64,000 nucleotides of DNA, taken from Candidatus Helarchaeota ASGARD archaeon Hel_GB_B. Lineage in GTDB: Archaea > Asgardarchaeota > Lokiarchaeia > Helarchaeales > HEL-GB-B. The stretch's first letter is position 1; each line of letters opens with the position of its first letter. Under the pieces are notes generated by a model. That model searched no databases and was not told where the DNA came from. It was given only the letters and a program-made list of their open reading frames with translations. Of the stretch, positions 50,147 to 59,732 are shown piece by piece. The DNA is taken from NCBI GenBank assembly GCA_005191425.1, contig SUPR01000001.1, positions 5,762 to 69,761 on the forward strand, given 5' to 3'. Position numbers and translations under genes: made by a program.

Positions 50147-52030
50147 TTATGAACTACCTCCTTCTATGGCTACTTTTGTTCTATTTAACTTTTCTACAAA
50201 ATCAGCCAACCCTAAATTTTGGAATTTTTGAATGGAATCCTCCAAAATGTCCTTGGCTTTATCTACTTGCCCTTGAATTGCATATACATTTGATAAGTTA
50301 GTATAAAATTGCCATGCATAAAAATATTCATTATTTGAAAAGAATGTCTTTGCTGCTTTTGTTAGTACATTTATTACTTCATTTGTGGCATTTATTTCTT
50401 CGAAATACTTTTTAGCTTGAGTATAGTTTGCTCTGGCTAATGGATATGCCTTGTCCTTAATGCAATCTTCGGCTTTTTCGACAAATAAATTAGCCAATTT
50501 ATTTATTAATTCTTTCACTTTTTCGGGTTCTCCTAAGCTTCTATTTACATCAATTGCATTAATGAGGACATCCCTGCCATAATCTAATAACCCTTTTTCG
50601 AGGAACTTTTCTGTAAAACTTTCCAAAATATTTGCGGCTTTTTCTTTTTCATTAACTTTTACGAGACTATCCCCTGCAAGTAATATAAACTTAAAAACTT
50701 CATTATAATATCCATAATTATAATAATTCATAGCTATATCATAATAACCATTTGCGATATGCTCAACTGCAGATACCAGTCCCGCTGTTAGAGAATCAGA
50801 TCTTAGACGTTCTAATTCTTCGAATTGAAAATCTTCCAATAATCTTCCATTTTCAGCCAAATTCATTGCAACTTTAATTAGACCTCTTGCTTGCGCATCT
50901 ACTGCAATATCACCCAAACTACTTCGTAAATAAATCCAAAAACTGTCTAATGTAATATAATAAACACTATCTTCTTTACTCAAATATTTTCCAATCATTT
51001 TTTCAAGTATTGGTTTGATATCTTCACTTTTTGCGCCAATCGAACGAGCTATTATATCAATATCTGCAAAATTTGCATTTTCCATTGCAAATGACTGTAA
51101 TATTTTTCTTTCGTCCTCAGTTAATTCTTTAAGTTCTCGTCCAAAACCTTCTTTAACTCCGCCTTCAGCTTTAAACCATACATCTTTACCTAGTTCTCTT
51201 GTATCGCCTCTATTTTCATACAACCATCCGCCATTATAAACTAAATAAAGAGGAATTCCACCACTATGTCTTAATAAATTCTCTTTTATCTCTTCACTAA
51301 ATTTAATTCCTGCTGCATCTGCTCTTTTATCAAGTAATTCTATTGCATCAGCATTATTTAAAGTTGGTAAACCTATTTCGTGAAAATCCTCTAATACATA
51401 ACGAACTTTTGGATAATACTTTTCCCAAACAGACATCAAAAAGAGAACAGGGAGGTTTGGATTTTTTACATCCGTTTTTATAGCGTCTACTATTGCTTTT
51501 AATACATCAAATGCATTGTCATGATTTAATATTATAAATCTTTCAACAAGATTAGAAACAATTAGAATACCTTTTTTATTGAATTTATTACCTTGAATAT
51601 TTTTAATAATTTTAGGTAATTTTTTAACAATTTTTTTCAAAAAAGAATCAATATACTTACTCATATCAGGGATTTCATAGCTGCTTTTTAAAAGCGGAGC
51701 TTTTTTACCTGGTTTTGTAATAGGTTTCTTTTTGTCCACGGGTTTCGTTATTTCATCTAATTCATTGCTTATTACATCGAAATAACCTTCAATATTTATC
51801 AATGGTACATCATATCTAATTACCAGAAAACCATTTGATGAAGCTATGGACTCGATTTGTTTTAAAAAACTTCTTCTACCAATTCCTTCGCGTCCATGTA
51901 ATATTAAGCCATGTGAAATATTTTCTCGGTCAGCTATTTTTTGCAAAATTCCTGAAAATTGATCTATTTCTCTTTTTCTTCCCACAAAGAATTTCGCTGG
52001 GCATGTTTCTAATTTAAATGGGTCCGTCAT
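50147..52030 (-). CDS. Arch-ATPase-like (PF01637-type) P-loop protein with a C-terminal TPR-like helical repeat region; the Walker A is degenerate
   Basis: FVGRKREIDQFSGIL...LILHGREGIGRRSFLKQIE aligns with the Arch_ATPase block FvGRe.El..L...vyGpRRvGKTsLl, but the Walker A Lys-Thr is replaced (GIGRRS). The C-terminal ~250 aa has TPR/helical repeats (YYNYGYYNEVF..., AWQFYTNLSNVYAIQGQVDKA). Confidence 0.6.
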   Translation of the reverse strand: MTDPFKLETCPAKFFVGRKREIDQFSGILQKIADRENISHGLILHGREGIGRRSFLKQIESIASSNGFLVIRYDVPLINIEGYFDVISNELDEITKPVDKKKPITKPGKKAPLLKSSYEIPDMSKYIDSFLKKIVKKLPKIIKNIQGNKFNKKGILIVSNLVERFIILNHDNAFDVLKAIVDAIKTDVKNPNLPVLFLMSVWEKYYPKVRYVLEDFHEIGLPTLNNADAIELLDKRADAAGIKFSEEIKENLLRHSGGIPLYLVYNGGWLYENRGDTRELGKDVWFKAEGGVKEGFGRELKELTEDERKILQSFAMENANFADIDIIARSIGAKSEDIKPILEKMIGKYLSKEDSVYYITLDSFWIYLRSSLGDIAVDAQARGLIKVAMNLAENGRLLEDFQFEELERLRSDSLTAGLVSAVEHIANGYYDIAMNYYNYGYYNEVFKFILLAGDSLVKVNEKEKAANILESFTEKFLEKGLLDYGRDVLINAIDVNRSLGEPEKVKELINKLANLFVEKAEDCIKDKAYPLARANYTQAKKYFEEINATNEVINVLTKAAKTFFSNNEYFYAWQFYTNLSNVYAIQGQVDKAKDILEDSIQKFQNLGLADFVEKLNRTKVAIEGGSS

Positions 52031-52566
52031 ATTAAAAACCTTTTTTATTTTAATTTATCCTTAATATATATGTGTGGTTTTAAAAATTTTGAACATTGAA
52101 TTATTTTAAATTATATTGATCTTTAATATTTATATGTTTAATTTAAAGGTTTAATTTAAAGAGATTTTGATGATTTTTTAAAAATACAAATTTTAATTTT
52201 TTAATTTATATTTTTAGGAATTTCTGTATTACACATAAAAATATTAGACTTTTTGAGAGAAATATCCGTTATTTATATTTTTAAATATTTTGTTATTATA
52301 TTTTCTGACTGTAAAAAAGCAGATTTTAGATTAGACATATTTAAAATACAATAAATTACTGATAAAAAGGTTAGTAATTTAATATCTTACATTTTATAAT
52401 TTTTTTTATAAGTCAGATTAACTGAAATTTATATTGATTAAGTTTAAATAAAATAATAATGTTTCAAATATTAATTTTTTAATCGATAACGAAATATAAA
52501 TATAATAACTACTAATAGTTAATATCAAAATCACTATTTAATTTGTTTTCACTTTAAAAAGTTAAT

Positions 52567-53235
52567 TTAAAAAAAGGTGTTAATGAAAGAAATTATCGAA
52601 TAACCATTGAATTGGAGATATACTTCAATAATTGAGATTATTAATATGATAAGAAGAAAAATGTAATTATTAAAAATTCGCCAAATCCGATCATTTGTAT
52701 AAATTATTTCACTATTTTTTGGATTTTTAATATTTAAAATTTTACATAAACCCATTCCTAAGAATAATCCCGAAAATATACTTATAATCGCAAATAAGGC
52801 ATCTTCAGAATAATCAAATATACCTACTAAAAACCGGTAATTCACTATTAGGTCAAATAAAACTAACATTATAATTAATGTACAGACTCCAGAAATGATT
52901 ACTGCTATAATAGAATTTTTTGATAATTGGATTATAGGTTGCACCATAAAAACTATGCAAATTAAAATTAATAGAATGTACGGAATGAATTCATAATATT
53001 GAGCAAAAATTAACGGTACACCTAATGATATTGTAGAAATTATATCCAATATAGTAAAAAATAAAAACATTTCACCTGCTAAAAAATAAAATAAAGACCC
53101 CCAGCTTAATTTTGGTTTTTCATCTGATTTTAGACCCCAGAAATTAAAACTACTAATAACTTTCGGTATAAAAAATAAAATTATCCCAAATAAATAATAA
53201 GAAATTCTTAAATCAATCATTTTTACAATCTCCAT
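52567..53235 (-). CDS. Integral membrane protein (hypothetical)
   Basis: Six predicted hydrophobic helices. Overlaps the upstream gene's stop by 13 nt. Confidence 0.4.
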   Translation of the reverse strand: MEIVKMIDLRISYYLFGIILFFIPKVISSFNFWGLKSDEKPKLSWGSLFYFLAGEMFLFFTILDIISTISLGVPLIFAQYYEFIPYILLILICIVFMVQPIIQLSKNSIIAVIISGVCTLIIMLVLFDLIVNYRFLVGIFDYSEDALFAIISIFSGLFLGMGLCKILNIKNPKNSEIIYTNDRIWRIFNNYIFLLIILIISIIEVYLQFNGYSIISFINTFF

Positions 53236-54431
53236 GGGTTTGTTTGGTTTAATGTTAAACTATCAAATATAACACCATTTTGATCAATTGCATGTATTGT
53301 TAATCGGGTATTATTTATTTCAACATGACAAAACTCGTAAACTGACCTAATTATCGCAGAATTTGGGTGAGTATTATAAGCCATAGCTTCTAACTCTGCT
53401 CCGCCACCACCTGTAATTATATAATGAGTCCCATTTACATTCAGTCTCTCGTAATAATGAATATGTCCATTGAATACAACATCCACTTTATAACGTTCTA
53501 ATAATGGAATAATTTCTTGTACCACTTTATATTTCCCTGCAGATGCATAAGCAGGATAATGCCAGTACCCAATTATCCAATTTATATTTTTACTTGCATT
53601 TGCTTTAAATAATGTTTCATTCAACCAATCTAGTTCAGCTTGGCTAATTCCGTTTCTATTAATATAAGTTTCGGTATTTATATCAAGAGCAAAAAAACAA
53701 GTATTACTATAATTGAAAGCATAATAAAAATCATTATGAGTATAATTCATAAAATATTCAAACCTATGACCATAATCAGGTGCATATTCAATAGTTTCAT
53801 GGTTACCAATTGAGCACATATAAGGGTGAGTGCTTGCATAATCATTAATATCTATGCTATCAAAAAAGCGCTGCCAGTGGTCCTCTCGATTTGGAGCTAA
53901 GACAATATCTCCAATATTTAAAATAAAATTTGGATTTGTTTCTATCATTTTTTTCATGATAATTCTCTGAGCAGAATACCCAAAAAAATCAGGCCTTGTA
54001 TCTCCTACCACATTAAATGAAAAAACAGGTTTATTTGATGACGGTGCAGTCCTAAATTTATAATCTTTATTCATATAATATAAATTACATTCACTGCTAT
54101 TAATTTTATAATGATATTCTGTGTCCGGCTTTAAAGATGTAATATTAAAATGATGAATTCTTACAGCTACGGGGTCACTTATGTTAAGGTCTAAATAACT
54201 AGAATTTTTTCCCAAAAATACAGTTGTTATACATTTTTTCGGGGTTTGAAATGATATCCCAATAGCACTAGAAGCATTTCCAGTAACAATTGAAAGATAC
54301 GGAGCTTTTTCATAATAATTATTATTAACCCCAAAATTAAAATCTCCTGAAAATATTACCAACATAAATGCCCCATATATAATAATAAATAAAAAGATTT
54401 TCGCGAGAATTTTTTTACCCATTTTTCTCAA
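53223..54431 (-). CDS. Calcineurin-like metallophosphoesterase (purple-acid-phosphatase-like), secreted or membrane-anchored
   Basis: N-terminal signal/TM segment. MPE motifs GDTRPD, GDIV, GNHE, GHIHYYER. A PAP-like N-terminal beta domain. Confidence 0.75.
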   Translation of the reverse strand: MRKMGKKILAKIFLFIIIYGAFMLVIFSGDFNFGVNNNYYEKAPYLSIVTGNASSAIGISFQTPKKCITTVFLGKNSSYLDLNISDPVAVRIHHFNITSLKPDTEYHYKINSSECNLYYMNKDYKFRTAPSSNKPVFSFNVVGDTRPDFFGYSAQRIIMKKMIETNPNFILNIGDIVLAPNREDHWQRFFDSIDINDYASTHPYMCSIGNHETIEYAPDYGHRFEYFMNYTHNDFYYAFNYSNTCFFALDINTETYINRNGISQAELDWLNETLFKANASKNINWIIGYWHYPAYASAGKYKVVQEIIPLLERYKVDVVFNGHIHYYERLNVNGTHYIITGGGGAELEAMAYNTHPNSAIIRSVYEFCHVEINNTRLTIHAIDQNGVIFDSLTLNQTNPWRL

Positions 54432-54971
54432 ACCTATTAAATCAGTTTAGTATTTTAATAAAAATATTATATAATTAAAAAGATATCAGATAATATTTAT
54501 ATTTTATTATTCATTTCTTAAAAAAATATTAAATAGTCGAGACTTGGAAAATATCCAAATTTTTTTATCCTCATTTTAATTACTTGAGTCCTTAAATGTC
54601 AATTATTAATGAAAATAATTGATATAAACACGTAAAATTGTTATAACCAAATCAATTTAATATTATAAACAAAAAATTAAAAAGCATCTTAGATATAAGA
54701 AAAGAACAGATATATTAAATGCACTTTGACCAGAAATATACGGTATAGAATGATGTAAAATTTGGTATTCTAAAATTTACTTGAATTATAATTAGAAACC
54801 ATTTTGGTTCATGACAAAATAGTTTAATTTAAAATTCATATGTTAAATTATTCTTTTTTTGAAATTAATTTTATGTTTTCTGTTTAAATTATTTGTTTAA
54901 AATATTTTTAGCCTAACTTTTAAAAATTCTTGTTATTTATTTGAATTATTAAGTGTCAATAAAGGGAGTTT

Positions 54972-55475
54972 ATGCAAGTCTATATTACAACACTTGGGCG
55001 ATCTGAATGGGCAGTTATCAATAGTTATTATGCAGTTGTTAAAAATAAGAGATATTACCCAGATTTAATTTATATCATAACTGAAGATTTGTTCCAAGAT
55101 AGAATTCACAAGATAATAGATGGTCTAAATATCATTTCAAATGAGTTTGGATTTAATCCAGAATATAAATTGACAATTGTAAAAGAATCCGAGTTTTCTG
55201 ATGCAAAGAATAAAATCGATATAATCGCAAAAGATTTAGAAAATTCTAATAATATGATTGCCGTAGATATTACATCTGGTCGAAAAGTATTAGTAATTAA
55301 TATTCTCTTATTAATATTCTATTCAAAAATAAAAGTTCAACATATTTTTTATTTAGCAATAAAGACAATTAAAGGGGTTAATAAACCATATGAAATGATA
55401 CCAATTCAAATTCAATCATTAAGAGATTTTATCCAAGAAATTAATGAGGTGAAAAATAGACCAAATGGCACATGA
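54972..55475 (+). CDS. CARF-domain protein (cyclic-oligoadenylate sensor-like Rossmann domain), standalone
   Basis: MQVYITTLGRSEWAV (compare the Csm6/Csx1 TLGTS loop) and AVDITSGRKVLVI (compare the CARF D-[IL]-T-[SH]-G-[TF]-[KR] motif). Length 167 aa. Confidence 0.55.
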   Translation: MQVYITTLGRSEWAVINSYYAVVKNKRYYPDLIYIITEDLFQDRIHKIIDGLNIISNEFGFNPEYKLTIVKESEFSDAKNKIDIIAKDLENSNNMIAVDITSGRKVLVINILLLIFYSKIKVQHIFYLAIKTIKGVNKPYEMIPIQIQSLRDFIQEINEVKNRPNGT

Positions 55476-56472
55476 AACAATAATTAATCCCCCAGAATTA
55501 CAAATTTTATTGAACAAATTTGACGACTATTCGATATCATTTCCTGCTTTTTCTAAAGATACAATTTTAACTGCAACACCATTTAATGATTGTTATAAAA
55601 TAAAAGTAAATGATAATTATTTTGATTCCGATCGAGATGGTCTTAACATTTTTAACGATATTTATTATTCAGAAATACCAAATAATCAAGATTTTCTAGA
55701 ATGTCTCTTGTCAAGTAATTGTATTACCTATCCTAACGTGGGAGATTTTGAGTATATAAGAAAATCATATAAAAATATCCATAAAAAGGTATATTTTGCT
55801 GTGGATACAAATATTCTCTATCATAGGTTTATCTCTTTCTCTAAATTAAAAGAAGAGAAAATCGTATTAGCACCTACCATTAAAGATGAAATAGAGTCAT
55901 CAATAAATTATAAATATAATAGGGAGGAAATTAATGAAATTAAAAAAATTGTAAGATATAACAAAAATTTATTTGATGAATTTAGAAATAGACGCATAAA
56001 AAAGTCAAGAAAGGCAGCATATCTTGCATTAAATGAGCTAAAACTTTTAAATATCCTTAATATAGACAGCGTAAAAATAGAGCAAGAAAATTATGAACAA
56101 AATGATTTAAAAATTGTTAGAGAGTTAAAAGCTTTTGAAAATGACTCAGGAGCGTTGGTAGTATTATTAACAGCAGATAGAGCAATGGTAGATTTCTGCA
56201 GAATAGAGTCCTTAGATTATTTTAATTTTGATTATCCAAACACATTTAATATAAATACATGTTCGGCACAACAATTTAGGTCTTTAATTTTTAATTTAGC
56301 CGTTGTTTTTGGATTTATAAAATTAAATTCGACAATAATATTCGGCGAATTTTCAGGAAAACACGAGTTAGACAATTTGAAAATTAGATTTTTAAACAAA
56401 AACTTGTATAATAAATTCGAAAAAGATTTAAGCATCTGCCGGAAGTTAGAAAAACTAAATTTTGATTTTTAA
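55465..56472 (+). CDS. PIN-domain nuclease with a ~110-aa N-terminal domain of unknown function; overlaps the CARF gene by 11 nt
   Basis: VYFAVDTNILYHRF (first Asp), PTIKDEIE (Glu), VVLLTADRAMVDF (third Asp), ESLDYF; the spacing fits the PIN fold. Confidence 0.5.
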   Translation: MAHETIINPPELQILLNKFDDYSISFPAFSKDTILTATPFNDCYKIKVNDNYFDSDRDGLNIFNDIYYSEIPNNQDFLECLLSSNCITYPNVGDFEYIRKSYKNIHKKVYFAVDTNILYHRFISFSKLKEEKIVLAPTIKDEIESSINYKYNREEINEIKKIVRYNKNLFDEFRNRRIKKSRKAAYLALNELKLLNILNIDSVKIEQENYEQNDLKIVRELKAFENDSGALVVLLTADRAMVDFCRIESLDYFNFDYPNTFNINTCSAQQFRSLIFNLAVVFGFIKLNSTIIFGEFSGKHELDNLKIRFLNKNLYNKFEKDLSICRKLEKLNFDF

Positions 56473-56677
56473 AAATAATTTAAAACGAAATAAAAGTTCA
56501 TTTTTTACTAATTATTATTTTTTTATATTAATTTTATAGAATTTATAGAATTTTTATAATCTATATAAATTTTGAAATCTTTAACAAATTAAGAATTTTA
56601 TATGGTAAACTTTTTAAAAGTTTATAGTTTTCAAAACTTGAAAAAAATGGTGTTGTCATTTATGAAAAGGTGTCATA

Positions 56678-57589
56678 TTGGAACGAGTTAAAGTATTTGT
56701 CCCGGGCCATTTAACTGGCTTTTTTGAAATTTGCAATGGACCTAATTTATTATCGACCGGTTCTAGAGGCGGTGGGTTATCGATCAATAGTGGTATGCTT
56801 ACTGAAATTTTAGTTAAAAATTATGATGAAGATGTAATTAATATAAAAATTAATGGTAAAAAAGTAAATAATGCAATTGTAAGTAAATATATTGTAGATT
56901 ATTTTTTGAAACAAGTAAAACCAAATAATTATTATGTAGAAATAAATCATACTACTGAATTTCCAATTGGAAATGGGTTTGGGATGTCTGGGGGTGGTGC
57001 TTTAGGAATTTCCTATGGATTGAATATACTCTTAGAGTTGAACAAAACTAGGAATGAATGCGCTCAGATTGCACATATAGCAGAAGTAAATAGTAAGACG
57101 GGTTTAGGTGATGTGATTGCACAAACCTTTGGAGGCGTAGAGATAAGAGTGGAACCTGGAGCACCTGGAATTGGAGTTCTAGAAAATATACTATTTATCC
57201 CAAATTTGAAGGTAGTTTGTTATACAAATGGAAAAATAGATACTAATTCAATTATAAGTAATAAAGATCGAATAAATGATATTAATAAAGCTGGGAATAT
57301 GTTAGTAAAAAAACTATTGAAATCACCATCTATTTCCAATTTAATGGAATTATCATTCCAATTTGCTCAAAGTTCTGAGCTGATAACGGATGATGTTTTA
57401 GATTTATTAAAAATCCTTCATTCATATGGGTTTCAAAATGCATCTCAGATTATGTTAGGTCGTTCAATTTTTTGTATAGTAAATGAGAATGAAGTGGATA
57501 AAGTTAAAGAAATAATTAATGACCATACGTCTAAAGGAAATATATTTATTGCAAATATTGACAATCAAGGAGCAAGAATAATAGGTTAA
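56678..57589 (+). CDS. GHMP-family kinase, candidate archaeal pantoate kinase
   Basis: GHMP motif PIGNGFGMSGGGALG. Start VFVPGHLTGFFEI. Sits at the head of the pantoate/CoA cluster. Confidence 0.55.
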   Translation: MERVKVFVPGHLTGFFEICNGPNLLSTGSRGGGLSINSGMLTEILVKNYDEDVINIKINGKKVNNAIVSKYIVDYFLKQVKPNNYYVEINHTTEFPIGNGFGMSGGGALGISYGLNILLELNKTRNECAQIAHIAEVNSKTGLGDVIAQTFGGVEIRVEPGAPGIGVLENILFIPNLKVVCYTNGKIDTNSIISNKDRINDINKAGNMLVKKLLKSPSISNLMELSFQFAQSSELITDDVLDLLKILHSYGFQNASQIMLGRSIFCIVNENEVDKVKEIINDHTSKGNIFIANIDNQGARIIG

Positions 57590-57594
57590 TATAA

Positions 57595-58401
57595 ATGATA
57601 GAAATACCAGATGATCATCCAAGGGCTGAATCGCTTAGAATAAGGCATGTAATGGAAAAAGGATACATGAATAGAATTGTTGCATTAGCAGGGTTAATTG
57701 CACATGGTAGAGGAGAAGCTTTTGATTACATTATTGGAGAGAAAACAACTCCTCCAGCATTAAAGTCAATAGAAGCAGCATTATCTATGATTAAATTAGC
57801 AAAATATCCAGTATTTAGTATTAACGGAAATACAGCGGCTCTTGCACCAAATGAGATTGTCAAATTTGCAGAAATCTCGGGAATAAAATTGGAAATCAAT
57901 TTGTTTTATAGAACGGAGGAACGTATACAGGCGATTAAAAAACATTTATTAGATGTAGGGGCTAAAGAACTTTTTGGTATCTCAGATAGAAAAGCACAAA
58001 TTCAGGAGTTATCAAGCAATAGAAGGTTTGTTGATAAAGATGGAATATTAAAATCAGATGTAATATTAGTACCTTTAGAAGATGGAGATAGGACTGAAGC
58101 ACTAAGAAAAATGGGAAAAATAGTTATTGCCATTGATTTAAATCCTCTCAGTAGAACTGCCCAATGGGCAAATATTACTATAGTAGATAATTTTTTAAGA
58201 GTTATTAAATTATTTATTGAAAAATGGCCAGATATTGAAAAAAAATCAGAATCAGAACTAAAACAAATAGTGAGAAATTTTGATAATAAAGAGAATTTAA
58301 GAGAAATGATAAAATATTCAATTGATTATTTAAATAAAATTTCAAATAAAGGAATATATATTGATGAAGTTTTGAATTTCGGATATAAAATAAGAATATA
58401 G
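57595..58401 (+). CDS. Candidate archaeal phosphopantothenate synthetase (4-phosphopantoate:beta-alanine ligase, COG1701-like)
   Basis: About 270 aa. Conserved-looking N-terminal HPRAESLRIRHVMEKGY...GLIAHGRGEAFDYIIGE. Lies between the GHMP kinase and panE. Identity rests mainly on context and a remembered family pattern. Confidence 0.45.
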   Translation: MIEIPDDHPRAESLRIRHVMEKGYMNRIVALAGLIAHGRGEAFDYIIGEKTTPPALKSIEAALSMIKLAKYPVFSINGNTAALAPNEIVKFAEISGIKLEINLFYRTEERIQAIKKHLLDVGAKELFGISDRKAQIQELSSNRRFVDKDGILKSDVILVPLEDGDRTEALRKMGKIVIAIDLNPLSRTAQWANITIVDNFLRVIKLFIEKWPDIEKKSESELKQIVRNFDNKENLREMIKYSIDYLNKISNKGIYIDEVLNFGYKIRI

Positions 58402-58408
58402 TGATTAT

Positions 58409-59722
58409 ATGAGTAAAAATTATAGTGAGAATGTAAAAGTCCAAGTTGCACTTGATTTAATGAATCTTGATCGTGCTGTTCAGATTGCTAAAGAAGCTGT
58501 TGAAGGTGGAGTAGATTGGATAGAAGTAGGGACACCATTAATAAAGTCAGAAGGAATGAATGCAGTTAGAACGCTTAAAAAAGAATTTCCAGACCATAAA
58601 ATTGTAGCAGATATGAAAATTATGGATGTTGGAAGTTTAGAAGTAGAAATGGCTTCTAAAGCAGGGGCAGATATTGTAATAATTTTAGGTGTTAGTGATA
58701 ATTCTACTATTTTGGAGGCTGTTGAAGCGGGTAAAAAATATGGGTCCCAAATTATGGTAGATTTAATTAATGTAAATAATTATATTGAGCGAGCTATTAC
58801 TTTAGAAAAAATGGGTGTAGACATAATCTGTATTCACATTGGAATAGACCAGCAAGTTTTGGGTATGAACCCTGTGAAAATAACAAAAGAAATAAATGAG
58901 GTAATTTCTAATGTAAAATTGGCTATTGCAGGTGGTCTTAATTCAGAGACTGCACCTTTAGCTGTAGAAGCAGGTGCTGAAGTTCTTATCATTGGGCATG
59001 CTATAACGGCTGCTGAAAGCCCCACAGAAGCAGTCAAAACAATTAAAAAGGCAATAAAAACTGGAAAACCGATTGAATCAAAATTGATGAAAAAATATAA
59101 CGAACAAGAATTTTATAAAGTCTTTTCATTAGTTTCAACTCCAAATATCTCAGATGCAATGCACAGACACCCATGTCTTGAGGGTATACGACCTGTTTGG
59201 AAAGGTGCGAAATTAGTCGGGAGAGCAGTAACTGTAAGATGTTATAATGGTGATTGGAGTAAACCAGTTGAAGCAATAGATATAGCACAAAAAGGAGACG
59301 TTATTGTAATTGATGAGGGTGGAGGCGACATTGCAGTTTGGGGAGAATTAGCCAGCTGGTCATGCAAAATGAAAGGGATTAATGGAGTAGTTATCGATGG
59401 CGCAATTAGAGATGTTGAGGACATAGCAAAAATTGAGTTCCCTGCATTTTCTAGATTCATAAAGTCCAATGCAGGAGATCCTAAAGGTTTTGGCGAGGTT
59501 AATATTGAAATTGACTGCGGAGGACAAAAAATTAGACCAGGTGATTGGATAATTGGTGATGATAATGGTGTTATTGTTATTCCAAAGGAAAAAGCTCAAG
59601 AGATGGCAAATAGAGCAATAATGATCCATGAAAATGAAAATCGAATTAGAGAAGAAATTAAAAGAGGTAGTACTTTATCTAAAGTTTTGAAATTAAAAAA
59701 ATGGGAAAAAGTATTAGGTTAA
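58409..59722 (+). CDS. Fusion protein: N-terminal 3-hexulose-6-phosphate synthase-like (OMPDC-family TIM barrel) plus C-terminal RraA/MenG-like (class II aldolase/decarboxylase family)
   Basis: N-terminal VQVALDLMNLDRAVQIAKEAVEGGVDWIEVGTPLIK...IVADMKIMDVG (HPS/KGPDC-type). C-terminal ISDAM...GRAVTV...KGDVIVIDEGGGDIAVWGELAS...GVVIDGAIRDVEDI...FPAFSRF (RraA family). Confidence 0.7.
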   Translation: MSKNYSENVKVQVALDLMNLDRAVQIAKEAVEGGVDWIEVGTPLIKSEGMNAVRTLKKEFPDHKIVADMKIMDVGSLEVEMASKAGADIVIILGVSDNSTILEAVEAGKKYGSQIMVDLINVNNYIERAITLEKMGVDIICIHIGIDQQVLGMNPVKITKEINEVISNVKLAIAGGLNSETAPLAVEAGAEVLIIGHAITAAESPTEAVKTIKKAIKTGKPIESKLMKKYNEQEFYKVFSLVSTPNISDAMHRHPCLEGIRPVWKGAKLVGRAVTVRCYNGDWSKPVEAIDIAQKGDVIVIDEGGGDIAVWGELASWSCKMKGINGVVIDGAIRDVEDIAKIEFPAFSRFIKSNAGDPKGFGEVNIEIDCGGQKIRPGDWIIGDDNGVIVIPKEKAQEMANRAIMIHENENRIREEIKRGSTLSKVLKLKKWEKVLG

Positions 59723-59732
59723 GGTTATATAA

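Noticed and set aside
50147-52030. Orc1/Cdc6 replication initiator, which would imply an adjacent origin
   Set aside because: The P-loop context matches Arch_ATPase (PF01637) rather than AAA+ Orc1 (no Walker B DExx / sensor arrangement, and no C-terminal winged helix). The C-terminus is TPR-like.
55465-55475. CARF and PIN ORFs being one gene split by a sequencing frameshift
   Set aside because: The downstream ORF has its own ATG within an ATGGCACATGA stop/start overlap typical of coupled genes. The 110-aa N-terminal domain of the PIN protein is not CARF-like. This cannot be fully excluded without reads.
54432-56700. CRISPR array or cas genes accompanying the CARF/PIN pair
   Set aside because: No regularly spaced direct repeats of 24-40 bp were seen in the flanking spacers or anywhere in the window. 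Neighbouring genes are a phosphatase, a membrane protein and CoA-pathway genes.
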